Positions 28,972 to 38,233 of a DNA stretch of 39,908 nucleotides are shown in pieces; positions within the stretch are counted from its first letter, which is position 1; each line of letters begins with the position of its first letter. The position numbers and the translations under genes are program-made. The notes under the pieces are model-generated. The model searched no databases. It saw only the letters and a program-made list of their open reading frames with translations, and was not told the origin of the DNA. This stretch comes from a virus (lineage: Duplodnaviria; Heunggongvirae; Uroviricota; Caudoviricetes): positions 1 through 39,908 of the IMG/VR virus record IMGVR_UViG_2703718871_000021, one strand, 5' to 3'.

Positions 28972-29424
28972 ATGGAATTCGAAATTAAAGGCGTGAAATA
29001 TCGCGCGGCAAAACTCAGCGTTTTTGACCAGCTGAAAGTGACCCGTAAACTTCTGCCGGTACTGGCGGGAATGATGTCAGATTTCGGGAGCATTCGCTCC
29101 CGTTTGCCTGCTGACGGCAAAATCGACACCGTGAAATTCGAGCAGTTAAAACCGGTGTTTGAAACCATGCTCCCGCGTATCGCTGAGGAACTGTCTTCCC
29201 TGACCGAAGATGACACCGATGCGATTATTCATCCCTGTCTTGCGGTGGTATCGCGGCGTCATATGGACGGATGGGTGCCGGTATTTACCCATGGCGAACT
29301 GATGTTTGATGATATTGACTTGCTGGTCATGCTTCATCTGGTGGCGCGGGTGGTCGCCGATTCGCTGGGAAATTTTTTGCCTACACCCCTTACCAGCACG
29401 ACGCAGAGCCTGCAACAGGGCTGA
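28972..29424 (+). CDS. tail assembly chaperone (short form)
   Basis: 150-aa ORF immediately before the tape measure gene; slippery heptamer near its 3' end. Confidence 0.6.
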   Translation: MEFEIKGVKYRAAKLSVFDQLKVTRKLLPVLAGMMSDFGSIRSRLPADGKIDTVKFEQLKPVFETMLPRIAEELSSLTEDDTDAIIHPCLAVVSRRHMDGWVPVFTHGELMFDDIDLLVMLHLVARVVADSLGNFLPTPLTSTTQSLQQG

Positions 29425-29621
29425 CGTTTAACAGCCTGCCGGACGGGCTGTCCTACCTTCTCAATCCGGTTGACGCCGGGTTAATTCCTTATACAGCACT
29501 TAAAGATGGCTCTGTCGATTTGTACGACATTGCTCTCTTGAATGACCATCTGGCGGTAAAAGCGGATAACCAGCGGCGCATTGAGAAATGGAGAGAGGAT
29601 AATGAACGCCGAGACTATTAA
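28972..29621 (+). CDS. tail assembly chaperone, extended form via predicted -1 programmed frameshift at T_TTT_TTG (29373-29379)
   Basis: The -1 frame after the slippery site stays open for ~80 codons (…GLTFNSLPDGLSYLLNPVDAGLIPYTALKDGSVDLYDIALLNDHLAVKADNQRRIEKWREDNERRDY) and ends at 29621, overlapping the tape measure start. Confidence 0.45.
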
Positions 29622-31590
29622 AGATTTCCTCGTCTCGCTTGGCTTCAGTGTGGATGATGCAGGAGCGAAAAAATTCGGTTCTGTCCTCGCCGGTACAACT
29701 GCAAATGTCATCAAAATGGGGCTGGCCGTCGAAGGAGCTGCGCTGTCCGTGGTGGCCTTCACGGCTAAGATCGCCTCCGGTCTGGATAATCTTTACTGGG
29801 CGTCACAGCGCACCGGCGCGACAGTCCAGGGAATTCAGTCTATTGGCTATGCGGTTTCGCAGGTTGGCGGCAGCGTGGACGCTGCGCGATCTTCTCTGGA
29901 AAACCTCTCCCGGTTTATTCGTAATAATCCCGGGGCGGAGGGATTTCTGAATCGCCTGGGCGTACAGACCCGTGATGCCAGCGGTAACATGCGTGACATG
30001 GCCGCTATCTTTACGGGCGTTGGACAGAAACTCAGCAGCATGCCGTATTACCGGGCTAACCAGTATGCGCAGATGCTGGGCATTGACGAAAATACCCTTA
30101 TGGCGATGCGCCGGGGTGTGGGTGGCTTCTCCGGGCAGTACAGCGCAATGGCGAAAGCTATCGGCTTCAATGCTGACGAGGCGGCCAGAAGCTCCAACAA
30201 ATTTATGACCTCCCTGCGTGAGTTTAGCGCGATGGCAGGCATGGCCCGTGACAAAATCGGCTCTAATCTTGCGGGTGGGCTTGCAGGTTCGCTGGACACC
30301 CTGCGCCGCCATATCCTGGACAACTTCCCTCGTATCGAGCAGACCCTGACGAAAGCCATAAAAGGCATTCTGGCGCTCGGGGATATTATCGGGCGGCTGT
30401 TCTTCAGACTGATTGAGGGGACATCAGGCCTTATCACCTGGTGGCAATCGCTGGATAAGCAAACGCGGGAGTTGATCTCGCTGTTTGGCGCACTGACGAT
30501 TGCGCTGCGCATTCTGAACAGTACGTTCTGGATGTCGCCGGTTGGCCTCATTACCGCGCTGGCGGCGGGGATTGCCCTCCTGTGGGAGGACTATCAGACC
30601 TGGAAGGAAGGCGGCGACAGCCTGATTGACTGGGGCAAGTGGAAACCGGAGGTCGATGCCGCGCTGAAGATGGTTCGTGACCTTAAAACGACCGTTAACG
30701 ACCTGGCGAAAGCGCTGGCGAAACTACTCAATATTGACCCCAAATCATGGTCCCTGAAGTGGGATTTCAGCAACTTCATCGACCAGATGGGCGAATTCAG
30801 CAAAATGCTGAACATGATCGCCGACCTGCTCAACGCTATCAAAGATGGCCGCTGGGCTGATGCCGTCAGCATCGGCAAACAGATACTTAATCAGGGCAGC
30901 GAAAATCCGTCAGCGATGCCGATGGTTACAGACAGCGCTAATAGTACTGCCGACTGGATTAAAGAGCACTGGGGATTCGATCCCCGCAGTGTGGGCCGGA
31001 CGGTACGCGGCTGGTTTGGTGATGATGAGCCGGAACAACATGCACAGGCTACGAAACGAGGAGAACGGAATAACAATCCGGGAAACCTTAATTTTGCTGG
31101 TCAGGCGGGGGCTTCTCTTGAACGCCCGGGCGGGCGATTTGCCAGATTCGAAACTGCCTTTGATGGATTACGGGCTCTTGCTCGTCAGTTAATGTTGTAC
31201 GCCGGACGGGGAATAAACAGCGTGGAGAAAATTGTCTCTACCTGGGCGCCTGCGTCTGATAATAACAACACAACTGCGTATATCAGGGCTGTATCGCAAC
31301 GACTGGGAGTGGATCCCCGGGCTGCCCTGAATATGAGCGATCCGCAAACCATGTCAGCATTGATGAGCAGCATTATCCAGCATGAGAATGGAAGAAATAT
31401 CTATTCTCGAGAGCTGATTAATAAGGCTGCCGTGGCGGGAATTAGTGGCAAAGTGACAGAGGTTAACCAGCAAAATACCTACCACATTTACGGTGGCGGA
31501 GATCCGCACGCTGTCGGTAATGAGGTTGCACGTCGGCAACAGTCTGCAAATGCTCAGGTCATGCGAAGTAATCAGGTGAGGGTGGGTTAG
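29602..31590 (+). CDS. tail tape measure protein
   Basis: ~662 aa from ATG 29602 (RBS GGAGAGAGGA); long Ala/Gly/Leu-rich helical protein in the position after chaperone genes; hydrophobic central segment. Confidence 0.75.
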   Translation: MNAETIKDFLVSLGFSVDDAGAKKFGSVLAGTTANVIKMGLAVEGAALSVVAFTAKIASGLDNLYWASQRTGATVQGIQSIGYAVSQVGGSVDAARSSLENLSRFIRNNPGAEGFLNRLGVQTRDASGNMRDMAAIFTGVGQKLSSMPYYRANQYAQMLGIDENTLMAMRRGVGGFSGQYSAMAKAIGFNADEAARSSNKFMTSLREFSAMAGMARDKIGSNLAGGLAGSLDTLRRHILDNFPRIEQTLTKAIKGILALGDIIGRLFFRLIEGTSGLITWWQSLDKQTRELISLFGALTIALRILNSTFWMSPVGLITALAAGIALLWEDYQTWKEGGDSLIDWGKWKPEVDAALKMVRDLKTTVNDLAKALAKLLNIDPKSWSLKWDFSNFIDQMGEFSKMLNMIADLLNAIKDGRWADAVSIGKQILNQGSENPSAMPMVTDSANSTADWIKEHWGFDPRSVGRTVRGWFGDDEPEQHAQATKRGERNNNPGNLNFAGQAGASLERPGGRFARFETAFDGLRALARQLMLYAGRGINSVEKIVSTWAPASDNNNTTAYIRAVSQRLGVDPRAALNMSDPQTMSALMSSIIQHENGRNIYSRELINKAAVAGISGKVTEVNQQNTYHIYGGGDPHAVGNEVARRQQSANAQVMRSNQVRVG

Positions 31591-32177
31591 TGGATATTCT
31601 CTCTACACTTTTTCATCAGCAGAGCAGAAAAATAGGAATGATTGTTCCCAGTGTTGTTATTTCAGAGAAGCATACAGATATGCTTGAAATAACAGAGCAT
31701 CCGGTAGAGGTCGGGGCCGCTGTCGCTGATCATGCCTATAAAAAACCGTCAGAAGTGGTGATGGAGGTTGGTTTCGCCGGTGGCGGCGCATTGCTGGATT
31801 TTGCCAGTAACCTGACGGCTACCAGCCTGCTCGGCCTGAGTCCTCAGCAGACGTATCAGGAGCTACTGGGTCTGCAGGAAAGCCGTATCCCCTTCGATGT
31901 GGTAACCGGTAAACGGCTGTACAGCAACATGTTGATCCGGGCGCTGGAAGTGACGACGGACAAGACAACCGAAAACGTCCTGTCCGCCGTCCTCACCCTG
32001 AGGGAGGTCATTATCTCCCGGACACAGCAGATTACCGTCGCGGATAAAACCAACATGAAGGAAGGGGCCAGCACGTCGGCGGTACAGAACAGCGGCAACA
32101 AAACCACAAAGCCTCCAGATACTTCACTGCTGAAAAGCATCACGGGTAACGTGGCGTCATTACTGGGGGGCGGCTAA
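31590..32177 (+). CDS. hypothetical tail/baseplate protein
   Basis: 195-aa ORF, start overlaps tape measure stop. Confidence 0.5.
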   Translation: MDILSTLFHQQSRKIGMIVPSVVISEKHTDMLEITEHPVEVGAAVADHAYKKPSEVVMEVGFAGGGALLDFASNLTATSLLGLSPQQTYQELLGLQESRIPFDVVTGKRLYSNMLIRALEVTTDKTTENVLSAVLTLREVIISRTQQITVADKTNMKEGASTSAVQNSGNKTTKPPDTSLLKSITGNVASLLGGG

Positions 32178-32479
32178 TGACAATTCAGGAAATTCCGCTG
32201 ACAGCGGACAATCAGCAGTTCAGCATCGTCCTGGGGGGTGTCACCTGGCGGATTAGCATCATATGGCGCGATCTGTACTGGATTATGGACCTGCAGAACG
32301 ACAGAGGGGAGCCGGAAATCTCCGGTATTCCTCTCGTCACTGGTGCTGACCTGCTGGCGCAGTACGCCTGTATGGGGCTTGGTTTTAAGCTGGTGGTGGT
32401 CTGTGATGACAACACACAGGATTACCCCACAAAAACTGACCTGGGCGGTCGCAGCCATTTACTGGTATCAACGGAGTAA
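32177..32479 (+). CDS. hypothetical tail/baseplate protein
   Basis: 100-aa ORF overlapping neighbours. Confidence 0.5.
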   Translation: MTIQEIPLTADNQQFSIVLGGVTWRISIIWRDLYWIMDLQNDRGEPEISGIPLVTGADLLAQYACMGLGFKLVVVCDDNTQDYPTKTDLGGRSHLLVSTE

Positions 32480-32481
32480 GC

Positions 32482-33546
32482 ATGTCACAGAACTGGATGA
32501 GACATTTCGAGCTGCAGCTTGTGGACGGGAACGGTCAGGGAATTGAGCTAAGTGATTTCAAAGTCACCTTTACGATCGACTGGTTCAACATCAGCAGCGC
32601 GTCCCGGGTAGGGACTATCAAAATTTATAACCTCTCGGCAGATACTGTGAACCGAATTACCGGGCAGGAGTTTTCGAAAGTGCGTCTGATTGCGGGTTAC
32701 GACGGTATCGCGCCGGAGGTGTCGGCAAGCGACGTCGGGACAGTGCGGGAAGTTGACGCGGCGGACGTGGGCCAGAGTGATGGTCGCAACTACGGACTGA
32801 TTTTCAGCGGTGAAATTCGCTACTCGGTCACAGGAAAAGACAGTCCGGTTGATTCCTACGTCCTGATTCAGGCAGCCGATACAGATCTGGCTTTTGCCAC
32901 CAGTATAACCTCACAGACGCTGGCTGCCGGTTACACGGTCGCTGATGTAAACCGTGCGCTGATGAAAGACTTTGAAGCCAAAGGCGCGACCGAAGGCCTG
33001 ACGCCTGAAATGCCTGCGACTGTATTCCCCCGGGGGCGGGTGCTCTTTGGCATGACGCGGCATCTTATGGATAACGTAGCCGGGCAATGTGGCGCAACAT
33101 GGCAATTCGTGGATGGTCAACGCCAGATGGTGGCGAATAATGAATATGTTCACGAAGCGATTGTGCTCAACAGCGCTACCGGGCTTATTGGCATGCCGCA
33201 GCAGACCATCGGCAACGGCGTAAACGTCCGCGCGCTTATTAATCCGAACATCCGGGTTAACGGGCTCATTCAGCTGGATCAGGCTTCGGTGTATCGTACC
33301 GCGTTGTCGAACAACGATATCGCGATGGCCGGTGGGCAGATCACCGACCAGAACACAGACGGAAATATCACGCTCAGCGGCACCACATCGCAGCCTGCCA
33401 GCATCGCAACGGATGGCGTTTATATTGTGCGCGGGATTATGTACACTGGTGACACAAGGGGCCAGGCGTGGTACATGGACATGATGTGCGAAGCGCGCGG
33501 CGCGGCGGATCTTGTTTCCTCATCAGCGAGGGGAAGAGGACTTTAA
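32482..33546 (+). CDS. putative baseplate hub/tail protein
   Basis: 354-aa ORF in the position of Mu/P2-type hub proteins between tape measure and spike; assignment by synteny. Confidence 0.5.
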   Translation: MSQNWMRHFELQLVDGNGQGIELSDFKVTFTIDWFNISSASRVGTIKIYNLSADTVNRITGQEFSKVRLIAGYDGIAPEVSASDVGTVREVDAADVGQSDGRNYGLIFSGEIRYSVTGKDSPVDSYVLIQAADTDLAFATSITSQTLAAGYTVADVNRALMKDFEAKGATEGLTPEMPATVFPRGRVLFGMTRHLMDNVAGQCGATWQFVDGQRQMVANNEYVHEAIVLNSATGLIGMPQQTIGNGVNVRALINPNIRVNGLIQLDQASVYRTALSNNDIAMAGGQITDQNTDGNITLSGTTSQPASIATDGVYIVRGIMYTGDTRGQAWYMDMMCEARGAADLVSSSARGRGL

Positions 33547-33878
33547 TGAAACGGTTCTGTTTGGCGTTAGCAATGATGGTTACTGCTCCGGCGATGGCTG
33601 CAATTCAGTGCGGCAATTACACAATGACCGGTGACGGAATGACTGTTATTAACGGTGAAACCGTCACATCTCAGAAAATCAAATTTCTGGGAAAAGATGG
33701 TGACGACTCAAACATGAAAATGGACATGGGCCTGATGCCTTCTCGCGATGGTAACAATTACGGCTTTGAGTTTGTGAAGCGTAACGGAAAAGCTTTCCTG
33801 AACGTCCAGCTGCTGCAGAACAGCATGGACGCGCCGAGAATTATCGGATCTTTCCCGTGTAAGAAAGTCGCTGGGTGA
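33546..33878 (+). CDS. small secreted protein with signal peptide (unknown function)
   Basis: 110 aa from ATG 33546 overlapping previous stop (TAATG); MKRFCLALAMMVTAPAMA then AIQ looks like a Sec signal peptide with AxA cleavage site; two Cys in mature part. Confidence 0.5.
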   Translation: MKRFCLALAMMVTAPAMAAIQCGNYTMTGDGMTVINGETVTSQKIKFLGKDGDDSNMKMDMGLMPSRDGNNYGFEFVKRNGKAFLNVQLLQNSMDAPRIIGSFPCKKVAG

Positions 33879-34027
33879 ATAGAATCTGAACGCTGTCTCA
33901 TCTGAAAAACAACAAAACGTGCTCTAAAAACTGTCGTTTTTTGAGGCTAGCGATTACACTGCTCTAACTTTTTGATGGTGAATTGCCATCGATATGCACC
34001 CCCATAAAAGCCAGGAATAACTAAAAC

Positions 34028-34759
34028 ATGAGCTTAGCGCAGCCAAAATCAGGAGAACTGTTAGATCTTCTGACCCCTTCATTAACTAAGGGTGAAAATC
34101 TTCTGAGTGAATTTGAAGTACATCAAATCATTCGTGAAGCTAAGAAAATCCCGGAACGTTATCAGGGGTTATCGATTGAAGGCTTAGCTAAGCTTGTTCT
34201 TGGTGAAATCGAAGAGGGGTGCTCTCTCTGTGAACAAGGGTTGAGACTCGCTCCTAACGATTCAGTTTCTTTCTGTAACTATACGATAGCGCTGCGTAAC
34301 TTAGGTTTGCACGCTCGCCAGTACGCAATGATTCAGAATTCGGCCAACTCACTTAACCCAACAATACTGGCTGAAGTTGCAACAATTTCTGCATACTGGG
34401 CTGATATCGATTTGCTTGAAAAGGTGATGCCGATGCTGACAGCTATGGAAGTGCCGCGTCCTGAAGAAATGGCAAAGTGGTGTCACACACTTGATTATCT
34501 GCATACCCATCAAGAGCATGCTCAGGATCTCAAAACCATTGGGCAGTTAATGATGAATGTCGCAGACAAGTATCGTGTGCGTCTCGCGGGTGCTCATGCT
34601 TTTTACGTTTTGTCAGAACTTGATACGCTATTTGTGGAAGTCAAAACAGACGATCCAGCGCTCCTCTCGCAGATGAATAACGACCTAGCTGACGAGATTA
34701 TCAATGCTGGTCTTGCCGATTCTGAATGCGTCGGATGCTTTGAAGCGGGGGATTTTTAA
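34028..34759 (+). CDS. hypothetical protein, gene 1 of low-GC two-gene cassette
   Basis: 243-aa ORF after 149-bp intergenic gap; visibly lower GC than flanking tail genes; helical-looking with Cys pairs (CSLCEQG, CVGCFEAG); no recognised motif. Confidence 0.6.
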   Translation: MSLAQPKSGELLDLLTPSLTKGENLLSEFEVHQIIREAKKIPERYQGLSIEGLAKLVLGEIEEGCSLCEQGLRLAPNDSVSFCNYTIALRNLGLHARQYAMIQNSANSLNPTILAEVATISAYWADIDLLEKVMPMLTAMEVPRPEEMAKWCHTLDYLHTHQEHAQDLKTIGQLMMNVADKYRVRLAGAHAFYVLSELDTLFVEVKTDDPALLSQMNNDLADEIINAGLADSECVGCFEAGDF

Positions 34760-35187
34760 TGGCGGTTGAACATACCTGTTTCCTTGAGCTTGCAAAACAT
34801 TCCCTTACTTTAAACGGTGAAATGTGGACAAGAAACGCAATTAGCCGAGCATATTACGGCATGTATCATTCGGCGTTACGAATTACCAATAATTTGGTCC
34901 CAAGTTTTACTGAAGACGGTGAAAAATTAAAAGGTGGTGTTCACATGCGAGTCTATACCGTGTTTTGTAGCGGTGAAGCAGCTGCAGTGAACAATGTCGA
35001 TGTTAACGCAGTAAAAAAAATCGGCGTAAAGCTGAAAATGACGCATGCACAACGAATTAACTCAGATTACAAACTTGAGCGAAAGGTTAATCGAATTACA
35101 GCGATAAGCGCGATTCAGGATGCAGAAGAAGTCGATACAATCGTTAATCAACTTTTGAAGGTTGGCGACGATTCGTTAACCGCATAA
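34759..35187 (+). CDS. hypothetical protein with HEPN-like R-x6-H motif, gene 2 of cassette
   Basis: 142-aa ORF whose ATG overlaps gene-1 stop (TAATG); RAYYGMYH at residues 30-37 fits the R-x(4-6)-H pattern of HEPN RNase motifs (may be coincidental); low GC; terminator follows. Confidence 0.6.
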   Translation: MAVEHTCFLELAKHSLTLNGEMWTRNAISRAYYGMYHSALRITNNLVPSFTEDGEKLKGGVHMRVYTVFCSGEAAAVNNVDVNAVKKIGVKLKMTHAQRINSDYKLERKVNRITAISAIQDAEEVDTIVNQLLKVGDDSLTA

Positions 35188-35207
35188 GCTGCAATTCCTC
35201 ATAAATC

Positions 35208-35232
35208 AAACCCGCCACCCGGCGGGTTTTTT
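35208..35232 (+). terminator. rho-independent terminator closing the two-gene cassette
   Basis: CCCGCC-accc-GGCGGG followed by TTTTTT. Confidence 0.6.
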
Positions 35233-35251
35233 GCTTTCTGGAGCCTACCAA

Positions 35252-36004
35252 ATGGCAGTATCTGACCAGACTCGCAGCGGCGACCTTGCCGAAACATTCA
35301 AATCTGAGCGGGAAACCATTAAAAACCAGATCCGTGTCGCGTTACCTGGCATTATTCAGTCATTCGACCCTGACGCGGTTACGGCGGTTGTGCAGCCTGC
35401 TGTCCGTTCGGTTGAAACTGATAACGACGGGAACCGCATTACCAAAAATTACCCGCTGCTGGTGGATGTGCCGGTGGTATTTCCGCGCGGCGGAGGCTGC
35501 ACGCTAACGTTCCCGGTTAAAACTGGTGATGAATGTCTGGTAATTTTCGCCGATCGCTGCATCGATTTCTGGTGGCAGAGTGGCGGGATACAGGCGCCGG
35601 TCGATGATCGAATGCATGATTTATCGGATGCGTTTTGTATTGTCGGTCCCCAGTCGCAGGCAAGGAAGATTAGCGGTATTAATACCAGTGCCACACAGTT
35701 GCGTAGTGACGACGGCAGCACCTATTTTGAGCTTAATCCTGATACCAGGAAAATTAAAATTGTCGCTCCGGGGGGGCTTGATGTGGTTGCCCCCTTGGCT
35801 GATTTTTCTGAGAAAGTAACCATTCATGGCCTGTTAACCTGGATGGGTGGCATGGTGGGGTCTGTTGTTTCTGGTGTGGCTTCAAAAATCACTGGTGCTG
35901 TTGAGTTCTTGGGGAGCGTGAAGGCTAACGGCAAGCCAATCGATGATACGCACACTCATGGCGGTATTCAGCGCGGTGGAAGCAATACCTATGGGGTAAA
36001 CTGA
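35252..36004 (+). CDS. baseplate spike / baseplate assembly protein V-like
   Basis: ~250 aa from ATG 35252 (RBS GGAG); C-terminal THTHGGIQRGGSNTYG resembles spike-tip motifs of gpV/gp45-type proteins. Confidence 0.65.
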   Translation: MAVSDQTRSGDLAETFKSERETIKNQIRVALPGIIQSFDPDAVTAVVQPAVRSVETDNDGNRITKNYPLLVDVPVVFPRGGGCTLTFPVKTGDECLVIFADRCIDFWWQSGGIQAPVDDRMHDLSDAFCIVGPQSQARKISGINTSATQLRSDDGSTYFELNPDTRKIKIVAPGGLDVVAPLADFSEKVTIHGLLTWMGGMVGSVVSGVASKITGAVEFLGSVKANGKPIDDTHTHGGIQRGGSNTYGVN

Positions 36005-36357
36005 TGCGATACAGACGTGAAGACGCCGATGGCGATTACACCTTTGGCAGCGGTGATGACACCTGGCTGATTAACTCACCGGAGGCCGTGGCGCAGGCGG
36101 TAAAAACGCGATTCGAATTGTGGTATGGGCAATGGTTTCTTGATACCACAGAGGGAACTCCGTGGATCCAGTCCGTGCTGGGCAGGCAAAAACCGGAAAC
36201 TTACAACCTGGCGATCAGAAAACGCATTCTGGAAACGCAGGGCGTTAAATCAATCCTCTCTTTCAATACGACGGTGGATACCACGACCCGACGTGTCATG
36301 TTTTCCGCTGAAATCGACACTCTCTATGGAATAACGACTGTTACATCGGAGGCGTAA
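36004..36357 (+). CDS. putative small baseplate protein (gpW/gp25-like position)
   Basis: 117-aa ORF between spike and J-like gene; start overlaps previous stop. Confidence 0.5.
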   Translation: MRYRREDADGDYTFGSGDDTWLINSPEAVAQAVKTRFELWYGQWFLDTTEGTPWIQSVLGRQKPETYNLAIRKRILETQGVKSILSFNTTVDTTTRRVMFSAEIDTLYGITTVTSEA

Positions 36358-37556
36358 TGGCTCTGAACCTTGATTCTCTCGGTTTATCTGCAAAGGTAAC
36401 CGCGGAGGGGATCAGTGCGCCTGATTATCAGACGATACTCAGCACCCTGATTAGCTATTTTCAGCAGATTTATGGTAGTGATGCCTACCTCGAACCGGAC
36501 AGTAAAGACGGCCAGATGGTGGCTCTGATGGCGCTGGCGATTCATGATGCCAATAATATGGCGATAACTGTCTACAACTGTTTTTCACCAGCAACCGGCT
36601 ATGGGGCCGCACTGACCAGTAACGTGAAAATAAATGGTATTTCACGTAAAGGCGCGACGAATTCTACGGTTGATTTGCTTCTTACAGGAACTGCCGGAAC
36701 AACCATCATTAATGGCAGCGTGAAAGACAGTAATAATGTGATATGGCGTTTGCCTGCTTCAGTAGTGGTCGGCGTGGATGGTACAGTGATGGCGACCGCA
36801 ACATGTTCCGTCAGTGGTGCAGTGGCGGCGCTGGCTGGAACTATCACTGAAATAAATACGCCAACCCGTGGCTGGGTTTCGGTAACCAATCCTGCTGCGG
36901 CTACTGTGGGCACTCCGGCAGAAACTGACGCGGAGTTACGTATCCGTCAGTCGCAAAGTGTTGCGTTGCCATCAATAACCCCATTTGAAGCACTGGATGG
37001 TGCTGTTTCTAATGTTACCGGTGTAACCCGCCACAAACTCTATGAAAACGATACTGGTTCGGAGGACGGTAACGGGTTACCGCCACACTCTGTTGCTGTA
37101 ATTGTGGATGGCGGTGATGTGACGGATATTGCTCAGGCTATCAGAGGGAATAAAGGCCAGGGGACAGCCACTCACGGTACAACATCCGTTACGGTTCCGG
37201 ATAAATACGGCAATCCCCATGTAATCAAATTCTCGCGCTCTAGTGATGTGCCTGTTTATGCCCGGATTAAATTAAAAGTTTTTACGGGTTATACCTCACA
37301 GATAGGGCAGCAGATCCAGCAGGCTATTTCCGGCTATATCAATAGTCTGATGATTGGTGATTCGGTCCTTTTAAGTCGCATTTACTCACCGGCGAATCTT
37401 GGCGTGGTGAGTGGCGGGAATGCACGCTATTACGATATTCAGGAACTGACGATTGGGAAATCCCCGGGGGCTTTGTCGTCATCAAACATTGATATCAGAT
37501 ACAACGAATCTGCGTCCTGTACCCCGGAAAATATCGTTATAACGGTGGAGTCATGA
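36357..37556 (+). CDS. baseplate J-like protein
   Basis: 399-aa ORF in the conserved position after the small baseplate protein; size and order match Mu gp47/P2 gpJ-type. Confidence 0.65.
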   Translation: MALNLDSLGLSAKVTAEGISAPDYQTILSTLISYFQQIYGSDAYLEPDSKDGQMVALMALAIHDANNMAITVYNCFSPATGYGAALTSNVKINGISRKGATNSTVDLLLTGTAGTTIINGSVKDSNNVIWRLPASVVVGVDGTVMATATCSVSGAVAALAGTITEINTPTRGWVSVTNPAAATVGTPAETDAELRIRQSQSVALPSITPFEALDGAVSNVTGVTRHKLYENDTGSEDGNGLPPHSVAVIVDGGDVTDIAQAIRGNKGQGTATHGTTSVTVPDKYGNPHVIKFSRSSDVPVYARIKLKVFTGYTSQIGQQIQQAISGYINSLMIGDSVLLSRIYSPANLGVVSGGNARYYDIQELTIGKSPGALSSSNIDIRYNESASCTPENIVITVES

Positions 37557-38233
37557 GCAAATACACCGAACTAATCACGAACTACCACGCCACCAAACCT
37601 AAATTTCTTGCGCATGTTGATCTGATGACCCGGCCACTTATTGATGTTGCGGCTGCCACCAGAGGGCTGATTACTGCATTTGATATTGACTCTGCGGTTG
37701 GTGTGCAACTTGACATTCTTGGATTGTGGATCGGACGTAGCCGTGTTGTCAGCCAGCCTATCTCAGGTGTCTATTTCAGCTGGGATACCGACGGGCTTGG
37801 ATATGATCAGGGGGTATGGCGGGGACCATACGATCCTGATTCAGGATACATGTATCTCAGCGATGAAACTTATCGTGTCATTCTTAAAGCGAAGATTGCG
37901 ATTAATAACTGGGACGGACGGAATGATTCGCTTCCGGCAATTCTTGACGCGGCAACAGCAGGATCCGGGCTGCGAATGCAGATAGTCGATAACCAGGACA
38001 TGACGATATCGGTCTGGGTCTTTCCTGATACTGATATTTCAGATGTATCGCGTGAGTTAATTGCGGCAATTAAACAGGGGTATCTCACAGTAAAAGCCGC
38101 CGGGGTATGGGCGGGTGGCATTGAAACACCTTCGGTGGAAACCCCATCGGAAGGCTCAAAATTTTTTGGTTTTGATATGGATAACGAATTCATCAGTGGT
38201 TTTGATGTAGGAGCATGGGGAGTATTACTCTGA
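37553..38233 (+). CDS. tail protein (Mu gp48/P2 gpI-like position)
   Basis: 226-aa ORF overlapping J-like stop and preceding the tail fiber gene. Confidence 0.55.
   Translation: MSKYTELITNYHATKPKFLAHVDLMTRPLIDVAAATRGLITAFDIDSAVGVQLDILGLWIGRSRVVSQPISGVYFSWDTDGLGYDQGVWRGPYDPDSGYMYLSDETYRVILKAKIAINNWDGRNDSLPAILDAATAGSGLRMQIVDNQDMTISVWVFPDTDISDVSRELIAAIKQGYLTVKAAGVWAGGIETPSVETPSEGSKFFGFDMDNEFISGFDVGAWGVLL

Noticed and set aside
29803-30551. Two minus-strand ORFs (169 and 167 aa) within the tape measure gene
   Set aside because: Antisense shadows of a long, strongly supported structural gene; no independent signals.
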